The notes: a model not told the origin generated them from the letters alone. 63,761 bases of DNA, filler included, from Pirum gemmata (GCA_002812295.1; 19 parts of 19 records of this genome joined end to end with filler, not necessarily neighbours in it), one strand, 5' to 3'. Positions 1 through 13,134 are shown, numbered from the whole stretch's first letter. Numbers and translations: made by a program.

Positions 1-43
1 AAAAAAAAAAAAAAAAAAAAAATAAATAAAAAAAAAAAAAAAA

Positions 44-74
<31 letters not shown>

Positions 75-176
75 AATAAATAAATAAATGAATAAATAAA
101 TAAATAAATAGATAAATAAAATAAATAAATAAATGAATGAATAAATAAATAAATACAACATTGAACCACCCTAACC

Positions 177-215
<39 letters not shown>

Positions 216-866
216 AAAAAATTATCATAGAGTCTCTAGCTAGCTATAATAATATCATAGAGAGTCTACTAACTCTCCTCTAACTCTCTTTTCATCCTTC
301 ATAACTAACTAGCTAGCTACCAACTCTACTATCATACTAGCTAGCTAGCTAGCTACTAGGGGCTACTAGTAGCTAGCTAGAGTAACTAGCTAGCTGCTAG
401 CTAGCTAGACTACCTACTAGCTAGCTAGACTAGCTAGACCAGCTAGACTATCTCTAGTTAGTCGTCTAGCTAGCTAGCTCGAGTCGTCTAGCTATCATAG
501 TCGTCTAGCTAGCTATCATAGTCGTCTAGCTAGCTAGCAAAGCGTACCTTTATTCTAAATATATTATTTCTAAATATAGGTACCATTATTCTACATTTGT
601 ATAAAATAATCTGAAGAAATCTTAAAAAAAAAAAATCTTCCCATTTTAATTAAAAAATAAAACTACTATCAAAATTGAGTCAAAACTCTATTATGAACCA
701 ATAGCCAGTTTTTAATAATAATTTGGCTAGTTATTAGGAAATTAAATTAAAAAAAAAAAAATTGTAAAGAATATTATAAATAGCCATATTAATTATATAT
801 ATTTCTTCTTATGGTTTCTATTTTTCTATTTTAGTTAATATTTTGTTTTTTTGAGGGGACTGTCCC

Positions 867-1704
867 TCTACCGTAAGTGACAGTAGGTTGATAATATGAT
901 ACCAAATTTAATCAGTAGTAGTAGTAGACAGTAGAGGTGAGATGACGTCATTTTATTATTACCGAACAGCTGACGGAACTTTTCCTATAAATATGGTTTT
1001 TATTACTATTAATGTTAATATTGTTACTTTAATTGGTATCTACTATAATTAAATTTGCTATTTTAAGCTATTTAACTGCTATTATTAGTAAGGAACAAGG
1101 AACTGAGTGTTCGAAAAAAGTTCCAGTAGATATCTCACCCCTACTACTTAGTAGACCCATGTTTTGCACTTTTTTTTATGGATTTTGGGTCTAAAAAATA
1201 ATAACACCTTTTTTAATTGTTAGTATCATTAAAATAATATTTATTAATAATATTTATTACTTTTTATTAATAGTAATAATATGATTATTATCAATAATAA
1301 AAATAATAATATAATATTATGATAAATAACATATAACAATATATCTAGAACAATATAATATAATAATACATATATGATTTTGGTTAGTCTATTGTGCCTA
1401 ACCCTAACCCTAACCCTAACCCTAACCTTAACCCTAACCCTAACCCTAACCCTAATCTTAACCCTACAATAGACTATAGATAAATCTCTGGATAAATCCT
1501 AGCTAGACTGGCTAGCTAGGGTAGCGCTTTTCGTTTATTTTGCCACTCCGAATATTTATTTGGTTGGTTATAATATTTAAATTGACATTATTAAATCAAT
1601 TAATACATAATAAAATATACCAAATTAAATTAAATCGATTTATATTGTATTAATTTGGTACTTTTTATTGTATATTTAACTAAACAACTGTCACTTACGG
1701 TAGA
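867..1704. mobile_element. Putative TIR element (Tc1/mariner-pogo-like ends) with nested repeats
   Basis: Perfect 18-bp inverted repeat TCTACCGTAAGTGACAGT (867-884) / ACTGTCACTTACGGTAGA (1687-1704), with TA-CCGTA ends. It encloses a MITE-A copy, a CCCTAA tract and a MITE-B fragment. Confidence 0.5.
930..1145 (+). mobile_element. MITE family A copy
   Basis: TIR AGTAG(A/G)GGTGAGAT / ATCTCACCCCTACT. Body closely similar to copies at 29990 and 46045. Confidence 0.85.
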
Positions 1705-1929
1705 CTAGCTAGACTAATCAAATCAGATCCTGCCACAAAAGGAGGGACTAATCAAATTAGATCCTGCCACCGGTGCTAAAAAAATTAAAGCATACCATTT
1801 TATATTTTTATTCGATTTATTTATAATAAAAAATAATTTTAAAGATACCAAATAAATAACTTAAGGACGCAAATAATAATAACGAAAATAATAACTGAAA
1901 ATTAATATTCAAGATTCAAGCTAGAATGA

Positions 1930-2163
1930 AGGAGGGATGACATCCCCTTTGGCAGAAATTTGGAGATAGGTTACAAAAGAAATTGAGATGGCAAAACATT
2001 ATTACTTAAAATAGATATTTGTATCCTTAAAATAGTAGTTTACTATATTAAGTATTACTATTAATAGTTATAAGTTAACTTTTTATAGTAATTTAAGTCA
2101 AATTTTCAATTTTTGCCGTGCCCTAGGTTGGTATTAGTATTATGACGTCATGTCATCCCTCCT
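1930..2163 (-). mobile_element. MITE family A-related element with 9-bp TSD
   Basis: Perfect 14-bp TIR AGGAGGGATGACAT, flanked by the direct repeat CTAGAATGA (1921-1929, 2164-2172). The reverse complement aligns colinearly with family A. Confidence 0.85.
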
Positions 2164-2895
2164 CTAGAATGACTAGCTAGCTAGCTAGCTAGACTACCTT
2201 TGAAATGTGAGAAAAATCTAGCTAGTCTATAAAATATTATACAACAAAATTAAATTTTATTATTATCATTATTATTATCATTATTATTATCATTATTATT
2301 ATCATTATTATTATCATTATTATCATTATTATTATCATTATTATTATCACTATTATAAATCATCATTATTATCATCATTATTATCATCATTATCATCATC
2401 ATTTTATCATCATTATTATCTTATTATCATCATTATCATCATTATTATTGTCATATCATTTTTTTTTTTTTGTTTTTTCTCATATTTCCCGTTATTATTG
2501 TAGTAATGGAAACGGGTTTATATAATAACTCAGTTCATAATAATCAGCTCATTTTTTTTATTTTTTCGATTTTTTTAAAATTTTAATTTTTCGAATTGGA
2601 TAATGCGGCTTTAGTATATAACATTATCGGTTTATAAATTTATTGATTTTTGCAAGGTCGCATTAATGGCAAGGGCTGGTGGTTAAGTTGAAACCCATTC
2701 AAATAATTAAAAAGAGTGAATTGGTTGGCAGTAATACAACTACCCTTTCGTTTTTGGAGAGAGGAAGCACAAATATTTTCCTTGAACGAGTTTAATAATG
2801 CAAACATGGCGATCAGGATGAGAAATAGGTTTCATCCTAACGTTGAAGATGTTTTTTCAAAGAACAGCGACGATGACAACAGCAATATCAATATC

Positions 2896-2934
<39 letters not shown>

Positions 2935-2953
2935 GACAAAAGCAAAACTTACT

Positions 2954-3136
2954 CCAACATGAATTGGAACAATATAGGTTTGCTTAATAAAAGTAGAAAT
3001 AATTTCACGAAATGCAATAACATCGCCTGACAATAGCATTCTCTCTTCCCAGTGAGCTGACTCAAATATTTTTTTCATATTTCTCAGAGCCCCAGCTATA
3101 TTATCACCTCGATTAAATGCTGTTTTAGGAATCATA
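2954..3136 (-). CDS. Candidate internal exon, unknown protein
   Basis: TTTTAG acceptor, open frame MIPKTAFNRGDN...YIVPIHVG, GTAAGT donor, flanked by microsatellite-filled intron-like DNA. No recognisable domain. Confidence 0.45.
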
Positions 3137-3292
3137 CTAAAACGAAACTAAATATGAATGAATGATAAAACGGTTAGGGTTAGGGGTTAGGGGTTAGGGG
3201 TTAGAGGGTAAGTAAGGGTTACAATGATATTTTTATTTTTTTGTTATGTTGCTGTTGTTGCTGTTGTTGTTGTTGCTGCTGTTGTTGTTGTT

Positions 3293-3392
3293 NNNNNNNN
3301 NNNNNNNNNNNNNNNNNNNNNNNNNNNNNNNNNNNNTTAATTAATTAANNNNNNNNNNNNNNNNNNNNNNNNNNNNNNNNNNNNNNNNNNNN
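3293..3392. other. Artificial contig-joining spacer (first of 18)
   Basis: 44 N + TTAATTAATTAA (stops in all six frames) + 44 N. It recurs at 6681, 10081, 13498, 16877, 20236, 23636, 27052, 30475, 33863, 37262, 40610, 44024, 47136, 50537, 53924, 57308 and 60690. Confidence 0.98.
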
Positions 3393-3768
3393 ATAATAAT
3401 AATAATAATAATAATAATAATGGTAATATTAATAATGATAATAATGATAAAGATAATAATGATAATAATGATACTGGTTGTTAAATAAACAAGACTAACA
3501 GTATAATTTAAATAAGTAAGTTAATTAGTTATAAATTAATAGTGTTTAGTGTTTTCTCTTCTGGTATTTCTAGCAATCCCTTTATCCAAATCGAGGGTGG
3601 CATCTCTCCTTTAAAATTACGAGTTGCTTCTACCATCTTCGTTGATTGTACGTGTAATATACCACTTGTGCTGCAACGGGATGCCATCATCTATCTTCTT
3701 AGCGAGATTAGTTTCCGTGTCAGGAGACATCTCCATGATTGATAGATATTCCCTAGATGCCGGAGATA

Positions 3769-3981
3769 TTGTCAGTTAATTGACAGTTCGTTATTATTTG
3801 AGTGTGTTTTGTTTATGTGGTTGTGGTTGTTATGTTAAATAAACAAAACACACTCAAATAATCAGTTAATTAACAGTTTGTTATTATTTGAGTGTGTTTT
3901 GTTTATGTGGTTGTGGTTATTATGTTATTATGTTAAATAAACAAAGCACACTCTAATAACGAACTATTAATTAACTGACAA
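3769..3981. repeat. Foldback/hairpin element with internal tandem duplication
   Basis: Ends TTGTCAGTTAATT..AGTTCGTTATT / AATAACGAACT..AATTAACTGACAA. The internal unit GAGTGTGTTTTGTTTAT...ATAAACAAAACACACTC occurs twice. Confidence 0.7.
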
Positions 3982-4307
3982 TGCGTTGGGTTCCACCTAA
4001 GAAAACGAAAGAACATTCGGCTCTAATAAATGGTTTACAATGTAAATGCTCATATGCAATGCCTGTGCTCAATATGGAATCGGCGTTGACTGAAGAAATA
4101 TGTTCTAGTATTGATTCACGTTTTGAAAGAACGGTAAAATCGTCCGTTTACACATATAAAGTTAAACGGAGTTACCTTTTGGGAAAATGAACGTAGATTA
4201 AATTGTTCTACTTTAATTAATGAATATTATATGAAAAGAAAGCATGAACAAGAATTAGAGCTTACTTTATACAAGAACAAAAGAACTAGGAAAGCTGTTC
4301 AAAAACC

Positions 4308-5490
4308 AAATTAACCAAGGCTAAGGTTAAGTTTGAATGGGGTGCGGAACAACAAACAGCCTGGCATAGAGTAATAGGAGAGTTACAAATCAAAAGAAAA
4401 CTAACCACCCTGATTATAACGGTCAGTTGGTATTGTATGTGGATGCATGTTTGACAGGTCTAGGCGCGGCTCTGTTTAACGAAAGAGGGGATAAATTGGA
4501 ATCAGTAGCTTTTTCTAGTACTAAGTTACAAGAGTGCCATTTTAGCTATTCGCCCACCCCCCCCTAAATATATATTTTCCCCTTGTTTATCATACTCATC
4601 CACAAACTGTAACCATTTACTAATCTCGTTTGCTCTAGACTGGGAATCAGCATGGTAGTTAAATTTGCCAGGCACGTATTCCAGATTAAAAGTTGAATGC
4701 GTGCATAAGCGACCACCATCTTCTCAATCTTCTGTATTTTACAGAATCATCAGCACTATTACAGTCTAACTTGTGCCATATACCAAGCAGTGGTTTGTGG
4801 TCGGTATATATGATAAAGGGATCGACACAGGCCGATAGTATTTTCTCATACTTAGTTATGCCAAATATGAGAGCCAAACCTTCTAATTCAGGGCAATGGT
4901 CACTACTAATAACAATAATTATAATAATACTGGTAATAATAATGGGAATAATTTTACCCTTGTTTATCATACTCATCCACAAACTGTAACCATTGTACAG
5001 GTTGCATTAGTTGATACTGGTGGCAGTAAAAATTTAATTACAAGGAAACAGGTGGGTGCAGAGCAGGTCTACTCAGATGATGTAGCCAGCGTGCATTCTA
5101 TGAATTCTACATCATTAATAGAATGCACGCTGGCTACATCATCTGAGTAGACCTGCTCTGCACTTATTTGTTTCCTTGTAATTAAGTTTTTACTGCCACC
5201 AGTATCAACTAGTGCAACCTGTACAATACCGTTCACCTCCACTACAGTAAGTAGTACCGTTGAATCTTCATCTTCCTCATCATTACTTGGGGGGGTTACC
5301 TGAGTGAGAATGTTTTCACCATGTCATTTTGTCTTCTTTGGACAATCCTTTAAGAGGTGGTATCTAGAGCTACACTTGTGACACCTACTAGTGCCCCTAT
5401 TAGGCGTAGGGGAACTGACCCCCTTCACTACTAAACCTTCAAGCAACAGCTTGTCTTCGGCATCCGCTTTTGCCACCTGGACTTGCCTCC
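4308..5490. mobile_element. Rearranged Ty3/Gypsy-type LTR retrotransposon relic (gag knuckle, protease, RNase H)
   Basis: Plus strand 4308-4555: KFEWGAEQQTAW...PDYNGQLVLYVDACLTGLGAAL...VAFSS...YSP (frameshifted). Minus strand 4893-4630: ELEGLAL...FIIYTDHKPL...RRLRRW...EYVPGKFNYHAD. Minus strand 5383-5342: CHKCSSRYHLLKDC, followed by VNG..ALVDTGG. Confidence 0.9.
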
Positions 5491-6053
5491 TTAGCCTAAT
5501 TTATTATATTATTTGGTTTAAATATGAAATTTGGTTTTGATTAAAAAAAAAAAAAAAAAACCTGATACACAATTTATCCCCAGAGAAAATAAATAAATAA
5601 TAATAAAAAAATTATTTTAGTAATAAATGTAATTTTTTTTTGATTATATTTATTGGTTTTATAATGGGAGATGTTATATATATTAATAATGTATGATATT
5701 ATTCTCATATATAACTTACATATGTATTGATAATATAAATTTAAAGTTAATTATCATATTATATTTTAATTGATTGGTTTTATTTATAAATATTGATTAA
5801 TTATATTAGTAATCTTAATAATTAAATTAAATAATAGCAATATATTTTGTGACTTTTGTTTATAAAACAAAAACACAATAACGTTTTTTGAAATAACTTG
5901 TGGTTAACTTAATTTGTTATCAAAAAGTTTTGTTTCATATTTTATCCATATTTACTAAGAAATAATAATTAGAATATTTTGGTTATTATTTTAATTATTA
6001 TTTTAATACAATTTGAATTAAAATTGGTTGAATGATATTTTATAATCCACTAG

Positions 6054-6284
6054 GAGATACGGGAAAACACAATCGAATCAAAGAGCTCGATCCTAATTAT
6101 CAAATAGTGATAATTTTTAAATGATATTCTTTTTTTTTCGAGTTTCAAGTTTTTTTCATGAAATTTCTAAGAATTTTGAAGAATTTTTTAATGAAACCAA
6201 AAGTGAGTCAATACTTAAAAAATGAGATCAAAAAATTTCGAAAGTTTCGAACTAGTCTCGACTAGATGGCTTTTCCCGCATCTC
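6054..6284 (+). mobile_element. MITE family G copy
   Basis: TIR GAGATACGGGAAAA / TTTTCCCGCATCTC. Other copies at ~56226-56395, 58204-58320 and 58669-58905. Confidence 0.75.
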
Positions 6285-7514
6285 GCTAATAAAAATTATT
6301 ATATTATAATAATTTATAAATATTGTTTTTTGAAGGATGATTTGGATAAATACTTTTCGTTAATCGATTAATTAAATTGTCCGATTATAATAATATATAT
6401 ATATATTTGTTATAACCACAAAATATGTTGCTGCATTGTAATGGTAAAGAAAAATTATAGCTATAGGTTAATTTGGATTTTACAATAGATGGTGTTATTT
6501 CAAATTACTATAATCTTTTGTATAATAAATAATGTTACTATTGATTACTTTTGATAAATACAAAATTATTAAAAAATGAAAATTTATATAATATTTGTTT
6601 TAGCTATAATTGATATCGGCTAGATTAGATAAAAAATTAATATATGTCAAGGACCGAAAGACCCCAATCCGGTTCCATATNNNNNNNNNNNNNNNNNNNN
6701 NNNNNNNNNNNNNNNNNNNNNNNNTTAATTAATTAANNNNNNNNNNNNNNNNNNNNNNNNNNNNNNNNNNNNNNNNNNNNTTAGGGTTAGGGTTAGGGTT
6801 AGGGTTAGGGTTAGGGTTAGGGTTACGATATTATTATAGTTATATAGACTAGAAGTGTTAGTTTACATAATTACATTATGGTATAAACCTACGTGTATAG
6901 ATCGTCTATTTCATTACAGTTAGACTTGGACTAGTTGCCTCTTCATCTTTAATTTGGTGCTGTTTAAGTGTATAATTGAACTTGTAGTCTAGGTCTTATA
7001 GTTTATAAAATTTTATAGGTTTATTCAATACCAAATTAAAATTAAAACATTACGTTTATTCAATACCAAATTAAAATTAAAACATTTCTGATAGTTTAAC
7101 CATAATAATTTAATACCAAATTAAAATTAAAGCATTTCTGATAGTTTAACCATAATAATAATTTGGTATAGACTAATTACGTTTATTTCAATTTTTGAAC
7201 TGGACAACATTAATATTATTGAAAAATACGATATTAGATTATATCTAGCTAGGTTTGTGGTTTTGATTTTTATTTATTTATTTATTATTGATTATTTTTT
7301 ACAAGTAATTATTATTCTTTTTTTTTTGTTTGTTTTTATAAAATTAATAATAAAGAGTTTTAAAATCGAAAAACTTTTTTTATAAAAAGCAGTTAATTCA
7401 ATAATTTGATGAATTCCTTCATATTTAGAATTGTGCTACATTTTTGACGTTTGTTGTTTGTTATTTCGGATTCTTTCAATTGTTAAAACGTTGTTTACAA
7501 AACTACTCTTTGTT

Positions 7515-7876
7515 TTTCGTTGTTTGTTGTTTGTTGTTTGTTGTTTGTTGTTTGTTGTTGTGTGTTGTTTGTTGTTTGTTGTTTGTTGTTTGTTGTTTGT
7601 TGTTTGTTGTTTGTTGTTTGTTGTTTGTTNNNNNNNNNNNNNNNNNNNNNNNNNNNNNNNNNNNNNNNNNNNNNNNNNNNNNNNNNNNNNNNNNNNNNNN
7701 NNNNNNNNNNNNNNNNNNNNNNNNNNNNNNNNNNNNNNNNNNNNNNNNNNNNNNNNNNNNNNNNNNNNNNNNNNNNNNNNNNNNNNNNNNNNNNNNNNNN
7801 GTTTGTTGTTTGTTGTTTGTTGTTTGTTGTTTGTTGTTTGTTGTTTGTTGTTTGTTGTTTGTTGTTTGTTGTTTGT
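7515..7876. repeat. (GTTTGTT)n 7-mer satellite spanning an assembly gap (7630-7800)
   Basis: Directly visible periodicity. Confidence 0.95.
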
Positions 7877-8004
7877 TAGGGTTAGTGGTATGTTGTTTGT
7901 TGCTCCCTAACCCTAACCCTAACCCGATCCTTTTATTTTTTAAAACACTACTGCCGAATTAATTAAAAAAATTGCAGAAATCATTTTTTTTATTAGATTA
8001 GACG

Positions 8005-8048
<44 letters not shown>

Positions 8049-8928
8049 ACTTGCAAAAAATAAAATAATAATTATTATTAGACTATTATTTTATACGGAT
8101 CAACAAATCAACCAAAAGTTCCAAACCACAGAAATCTTATTAAAAAATTTTTAAAATCTAGTACTGCTATAAGCCTATAATAATAATATTATAATGTCAG
8201 TATAATGTCTGACTTCTTTTATTAGGTAGAATTTCTGGTATTATTACTTTTTAAGGTAGAATTTCTGGTATTATTACTTTTTAAGGTAGAATTTCTAATT
8301 AAAAAATTTTTTTTTTTGAAAATGAAATTCAACCATGTTGAAATTACTTATAAAAACAAATATCTAGTATTATTAATTAATTAACTACAGAATACGTTTT
8401 AATAACGTTATGGGTAGAATATGGTATTTTGGGGAAAACTGATAGTATTTATAAATAATTTTAGGGTCAGGCCCAGGGTTAGGGTTATAATTAGGGAGAA
8501 CTATTAGGGTTAGGTTAGGGTCATGCAAAAATCGTCAGTCAATGTATGCTATATTAATATTAGTCCTGCTACTAATAAATTCACCAACACCATTAATTAT
8601 AAATTAATTAAGAATAATTATAATATAAATATTATCAATACTATATACAATTTATACGCTAATACTAATTTCAATAAATATTTTTATTTTTAGTAAGTTT
8701 TGCCCTGTTTCGGTATTAAAAATAAGTAAGTATATAATATAATATTGATTAATATTATATAATATTGATTAATATTACTTTAATATTATAGTATTCGTAT
8801 AATATTTTTTAAAAAAAAAATACTTTCGAGTAAGTCTTGATTTTAACACTTTCGAGCTTATCGGATAGGATATTTCAATCTGAACACATCCAACTTGATA
8901 CATTTCAGAAAAAAAAAAAAACAAATTT

Positions 8929-9086
8929 CAGGGTTAGGGGCTAGGGTTAGGGTTAGGGTTAATTAAAAGGTTAGGGATAGGGTTAACTGTTAGGGTTAGG
9001 GTTAGGGGTAAATTTCAGGGTTAGGGTTAGGGTTAGGGTTAGGGTTAGGGTTAGGGTTAGGGTTAGGGTTAGGGTTAGGGGGTTAG
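8929..9086 (+). repeat. Interstitial telomeric (TTAGGG)n tract
   Basis: TTAGGG units with variants and unique sequence on both sides. Confidence 0.9.
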
Positions 9087-9950
9087 TGAAGTTACTAAAT
9101 AATATATTATATTATTATTATACATGACATTGTCTAATAATTATACATAAACCGGGTCTAATTTCCAGTCAAATACAGCTTCAAATACCCCCTACCTACC
9201 TACCCCTCGACGTTAATTTCCAATCAAATACCACCCACCTACCTACCCCTTGATGTAACGTATTATTTGAAAGCTAATATAGTGCTAATAGACTATGTCA
9301 TTTTGTAACATAAAAAAAAAAAATACGGAATCATACACACCCTTTTGGAAATCAGAAGATGGTATCTGAAGTTACTATATATGTTAGTACCCCATATCTG
9401 TACCCGTATCTAATAATAATTCTAATTACCCTAGACTACAATAATTTATAGACGTAGATGCAAATCATGCAATAAATGATAAATCCAATATCAATTGAGA
9501 TAATAAACTACTATTATAATAATAATAATTTTTTTTAAAAAAAATACATAGGCTCGAAAACTCAATTTTTTTTTAAAAAAAACAAAGCAGAATTGGACTA
9601 ATGAAACACTTAGATCCGTCAAGAGCTAGAGACTACCAGTAATAATCTACACTTGTCCATAGGGTAATCGGCCAGTAATACAGACTCGTCAACTAGCTAG
9701 CTGGCGTTTCCCAATTCTGCTTTTTATTTTTTTTCGAGCCTATGCATTAATTAAATAAGTTCGAACATTTTGAACTTATAATTAAATACTCGAGCATATT
9801 TATTTATTTATAAACCTGAAAAAAAATGAAAAAAAAAAATATTTTCAAACAGAGCTGAATTTTGTTCTTTTTTATTTCGAGTTTTCGGGTTCAGGAGCTA
9901 GAGAGTCGAGACTGCCTCAGTGCCAGTAATAATAATACTTATCTATTTTT

Positions 9951-10000
<50 letters not shown>

Positions 10001-12470
10001 TCGGGCCAAAATCAACGCTATAAGAATTGGGAAATTCTTGAAACCCCGTTTCTCACGGGGTAGTGGGTCAATGGGTAAAANNNNNNNNNNNNNNNNNNNN
10101 NNNNNNNNNNNNNNNNNNNNNNNNTTAATTAATTAANNNNNNNNNNNNNNNNNNNNNNNNNNNNNNNNNNNNNNNNNNNNCAGGGTAAAACTTGAGTTTT
10201 TTTTTTTTTAGACTTCTTTTCTTTGTAAGTAGACTAGTTTCTAAATTATTTTTAAAAACTAGCCAGTGGTTCAGAATAGAGTTTTATTTCTCAAAATTTG
10301 GTAGTACTTTTATTAAAATTGGATCATTTTGAGATTTTTAGATTTTTGAGCTCATATACCAGATGTCGCCATTTTTACCGGGCTTGGACTTTTTAATTAA
10401 AAAAACCTGTTTGTTTTTTGTTTTGTCCTTTTTTTTTTTTTCGTTTTGTTTTTTTTTAAAAAAATGACCCTAACCATAACCCTGATTTTAACCCTAACCC
10501 TAACCCTACCGTTAACCCTAACTCTAACCCTAACCCCCTACATTAACATTGTAGTGATTGCTATTCTTATTGTTATTTTTTTGTTATTCTTATTCTTTTT
10601 CTTGTTGTTATAATATCGGTATTCGTATTAACATTATTATTATAACCCTAACCCTACGTTATTGCTATTATTGTTGTCATTGTTATTTTTATTTGTATTA
10701 CTGTTATTATTATTGTTATTGTTATTTTTATTTCCTAGTTTTATTGTTCTTGTTATTGTTATATTTTAATATTGTTATTAATATTGTTATTGGTATTGTT
10801 CTATATGATTATTGTTATTGTTATTTTTTTATATTGCTATGGTTATTGTTATATTTATTGTTATAACTATTGTTAACAATGCTGTTATAATTACTAGTAT
10901 TAATATTATTGTTATTGTTTTTGTTATTGTTATTGTTATTAAATTATTATTATTATCGCTATTATCATTATTACTAATAATATTGTTTTGTTCTAGAAAA
11001 TTAGGGTTAGGGTTAGGGTTAGGGGTAAGGTGGACTTAAGGTTAGGGTTAGAGTTGGGCTTTTAAGGTTAGGATTAGGAGTTAGGAGTGGTTAGGGTTAG
11101 ATTAAGGTTAGGATTAAGGTTAGAGCTATAGTAACATAATTATATAAGGAGAAATAAAACAACGATGCATCTGTGTAATTAAACATGACTAATTCTTAGG
11201 GTGGCAATTAAATTTTGTACTAACTATTGTACATGTGATTATAATTATGATTAGAGGGATTGTTATCCTGTGTAGGTCTTAGAAAAAACTTATATACATA
11301 TAATTAGGTTTTCAAATTTCCAAAACCTAAATCTACATTATGGGGTGGTTAGGTATAATTAGAGACTGTTTCAGTATTATATCAATTACCACAATCTCTT
11401 ACCCTAACCCCAACCCAGACCCTAACCCCAACCCAGACCCCAACCCCAACCCAGACCCTAACCCCAACCCAAACCCTAACCCAAACCCAGATCCTAACCC
11501 CAACCCAAACCCCCAACCCCGACCCCTAACCCTAACCTAAACCCAACTTTAAACTCTAAATTTTCTCTCCATTCGATACCATGGTTTTGTAGTGTAAAGC
11601 ACTCCAAGGCACCAAGACTCCAAGGATAAGGCTCTAAGCTTAGTAAGCTATTATGTATATAATTATATATTATATTATATTATAGAGTTCATAGATTCCC
11701 ACATTTGCTATGCACGTAAGTAGTCTTTAGAAATATTTTTTATAATTTCCTACATTATATATATTATATATAATATTATTATATTATGCCATTTCATTGA
11801 TATTGCCCTATTCATTTTTAAATCGGACTTGTTTTTTTTTTTAAATACGAAATTAATTAAAACATGACTAATGGTTTTACTGTAATAATAATTTGGTAGA
11901 TGTTTTTTAATTTTAACCTTATTTTTTTAAAAGCTCATTTGTCTAGAATAGGAACGCTCCACTATGTTTACAAATAACCTCGATTTTTTTTTTTTTTTTA
12001 CTATGCACAACAATATTATGTAGCCTTTAGAAAATAGTAAAATAATTTTCACACCAGCACAAAAAAAAATTTCTTTTAAAAGTCTAGCTAGTATTAAAAA
12101 ACTAACTGTTTCTATCTATTTATTTGGTGGTTTACTTTTACTAACCATTGTGAAACTACGCCGACCTTTTCGCCTTTTTTTTATTATTATTATTATTTAT
12201 AAAAATAGTAAATAAATATAGGGTTACGGTTAGGGTTAGGCATATAAAAAAAAATTAAAAAAATGATCCCTATTTTTTTTTTGAAATTTTGGAGATATTT
12301 TCAAACCTTTCAAAAGAGATATTTTCAAACCTTTCAAAATTCCTTCACCTAACTGAAAAATTTAATGACTGAATAGACCAATGCATGAGAATTAGTCTAC
12401 CGATAATGGTCTAGTGACTCTAGTAGCGATAATGGTCCGATATTCTAGTATTCTATTCTACAACCAATGT

Positions 12471-12730
12471 TAGACTTCTCCGAATTCTGCCCCTACAACT
12501 CGACTTTCTGCTTCTGCTTCTTCCCCGAAAAGCTCGATTTCTGCCGAGCAGAATTTCTGGTCTGTTTGGTCTGTTCGAAATTAATTTTTCGAGTTTATTA
12601 ATAAATACATAGGTTTGAATATTTCGAGTTTATATTTATATTGGGAGAATCAATCTCCTTTTTTTTTTTTTTTTTTAAAAAAAAAATGAATAACACTCAT
12701 TAATTATGAGAAGTCATTTCTCATTTCTTA
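12471..12730 (+). mobile_element. Interspersed repeat family D
   Basis: Closely similar to 60481-60689 (CTCGACTTTCTGC...AAGCTCGATTTCTGCCGAGCAGAATTTCTG). The 3' part is repeated at ~13425-13497. Confidence 0.65.
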
Positions 12731-13089
12731 CTAAGTATAGTAAATATTTCTAAAAAAAATCTCCAGATCGTCCAATAAACCGTACGATCGATTTGAAAAG
12801 TTATTCATTAACCAAGAAAAACTGTTTTTTTGGTTTCTAGGTGGTTTTTTAGTTTATTCTATTCATAAGATTGGTCCTTTTTTTTTTTAACTATCAAGCT
12901 GGATAAAAATGGCGACATCCAGTAATCGGCGTTAACGAAAGTACTACCAAAATTTGATAAATCCTATAACTAAGAAAACTCTATTATTAACCAATGGCTA
13001 GTTTTTAAAAATAATTTGGCTAGTTTTTAGAAAAGAAGTCTAAAAAAAATGATTTCTACCAGTTTTATCCGGCTTGGCTGTTAGGGTTC

Positions 13090-13134
<45 letters not shown>

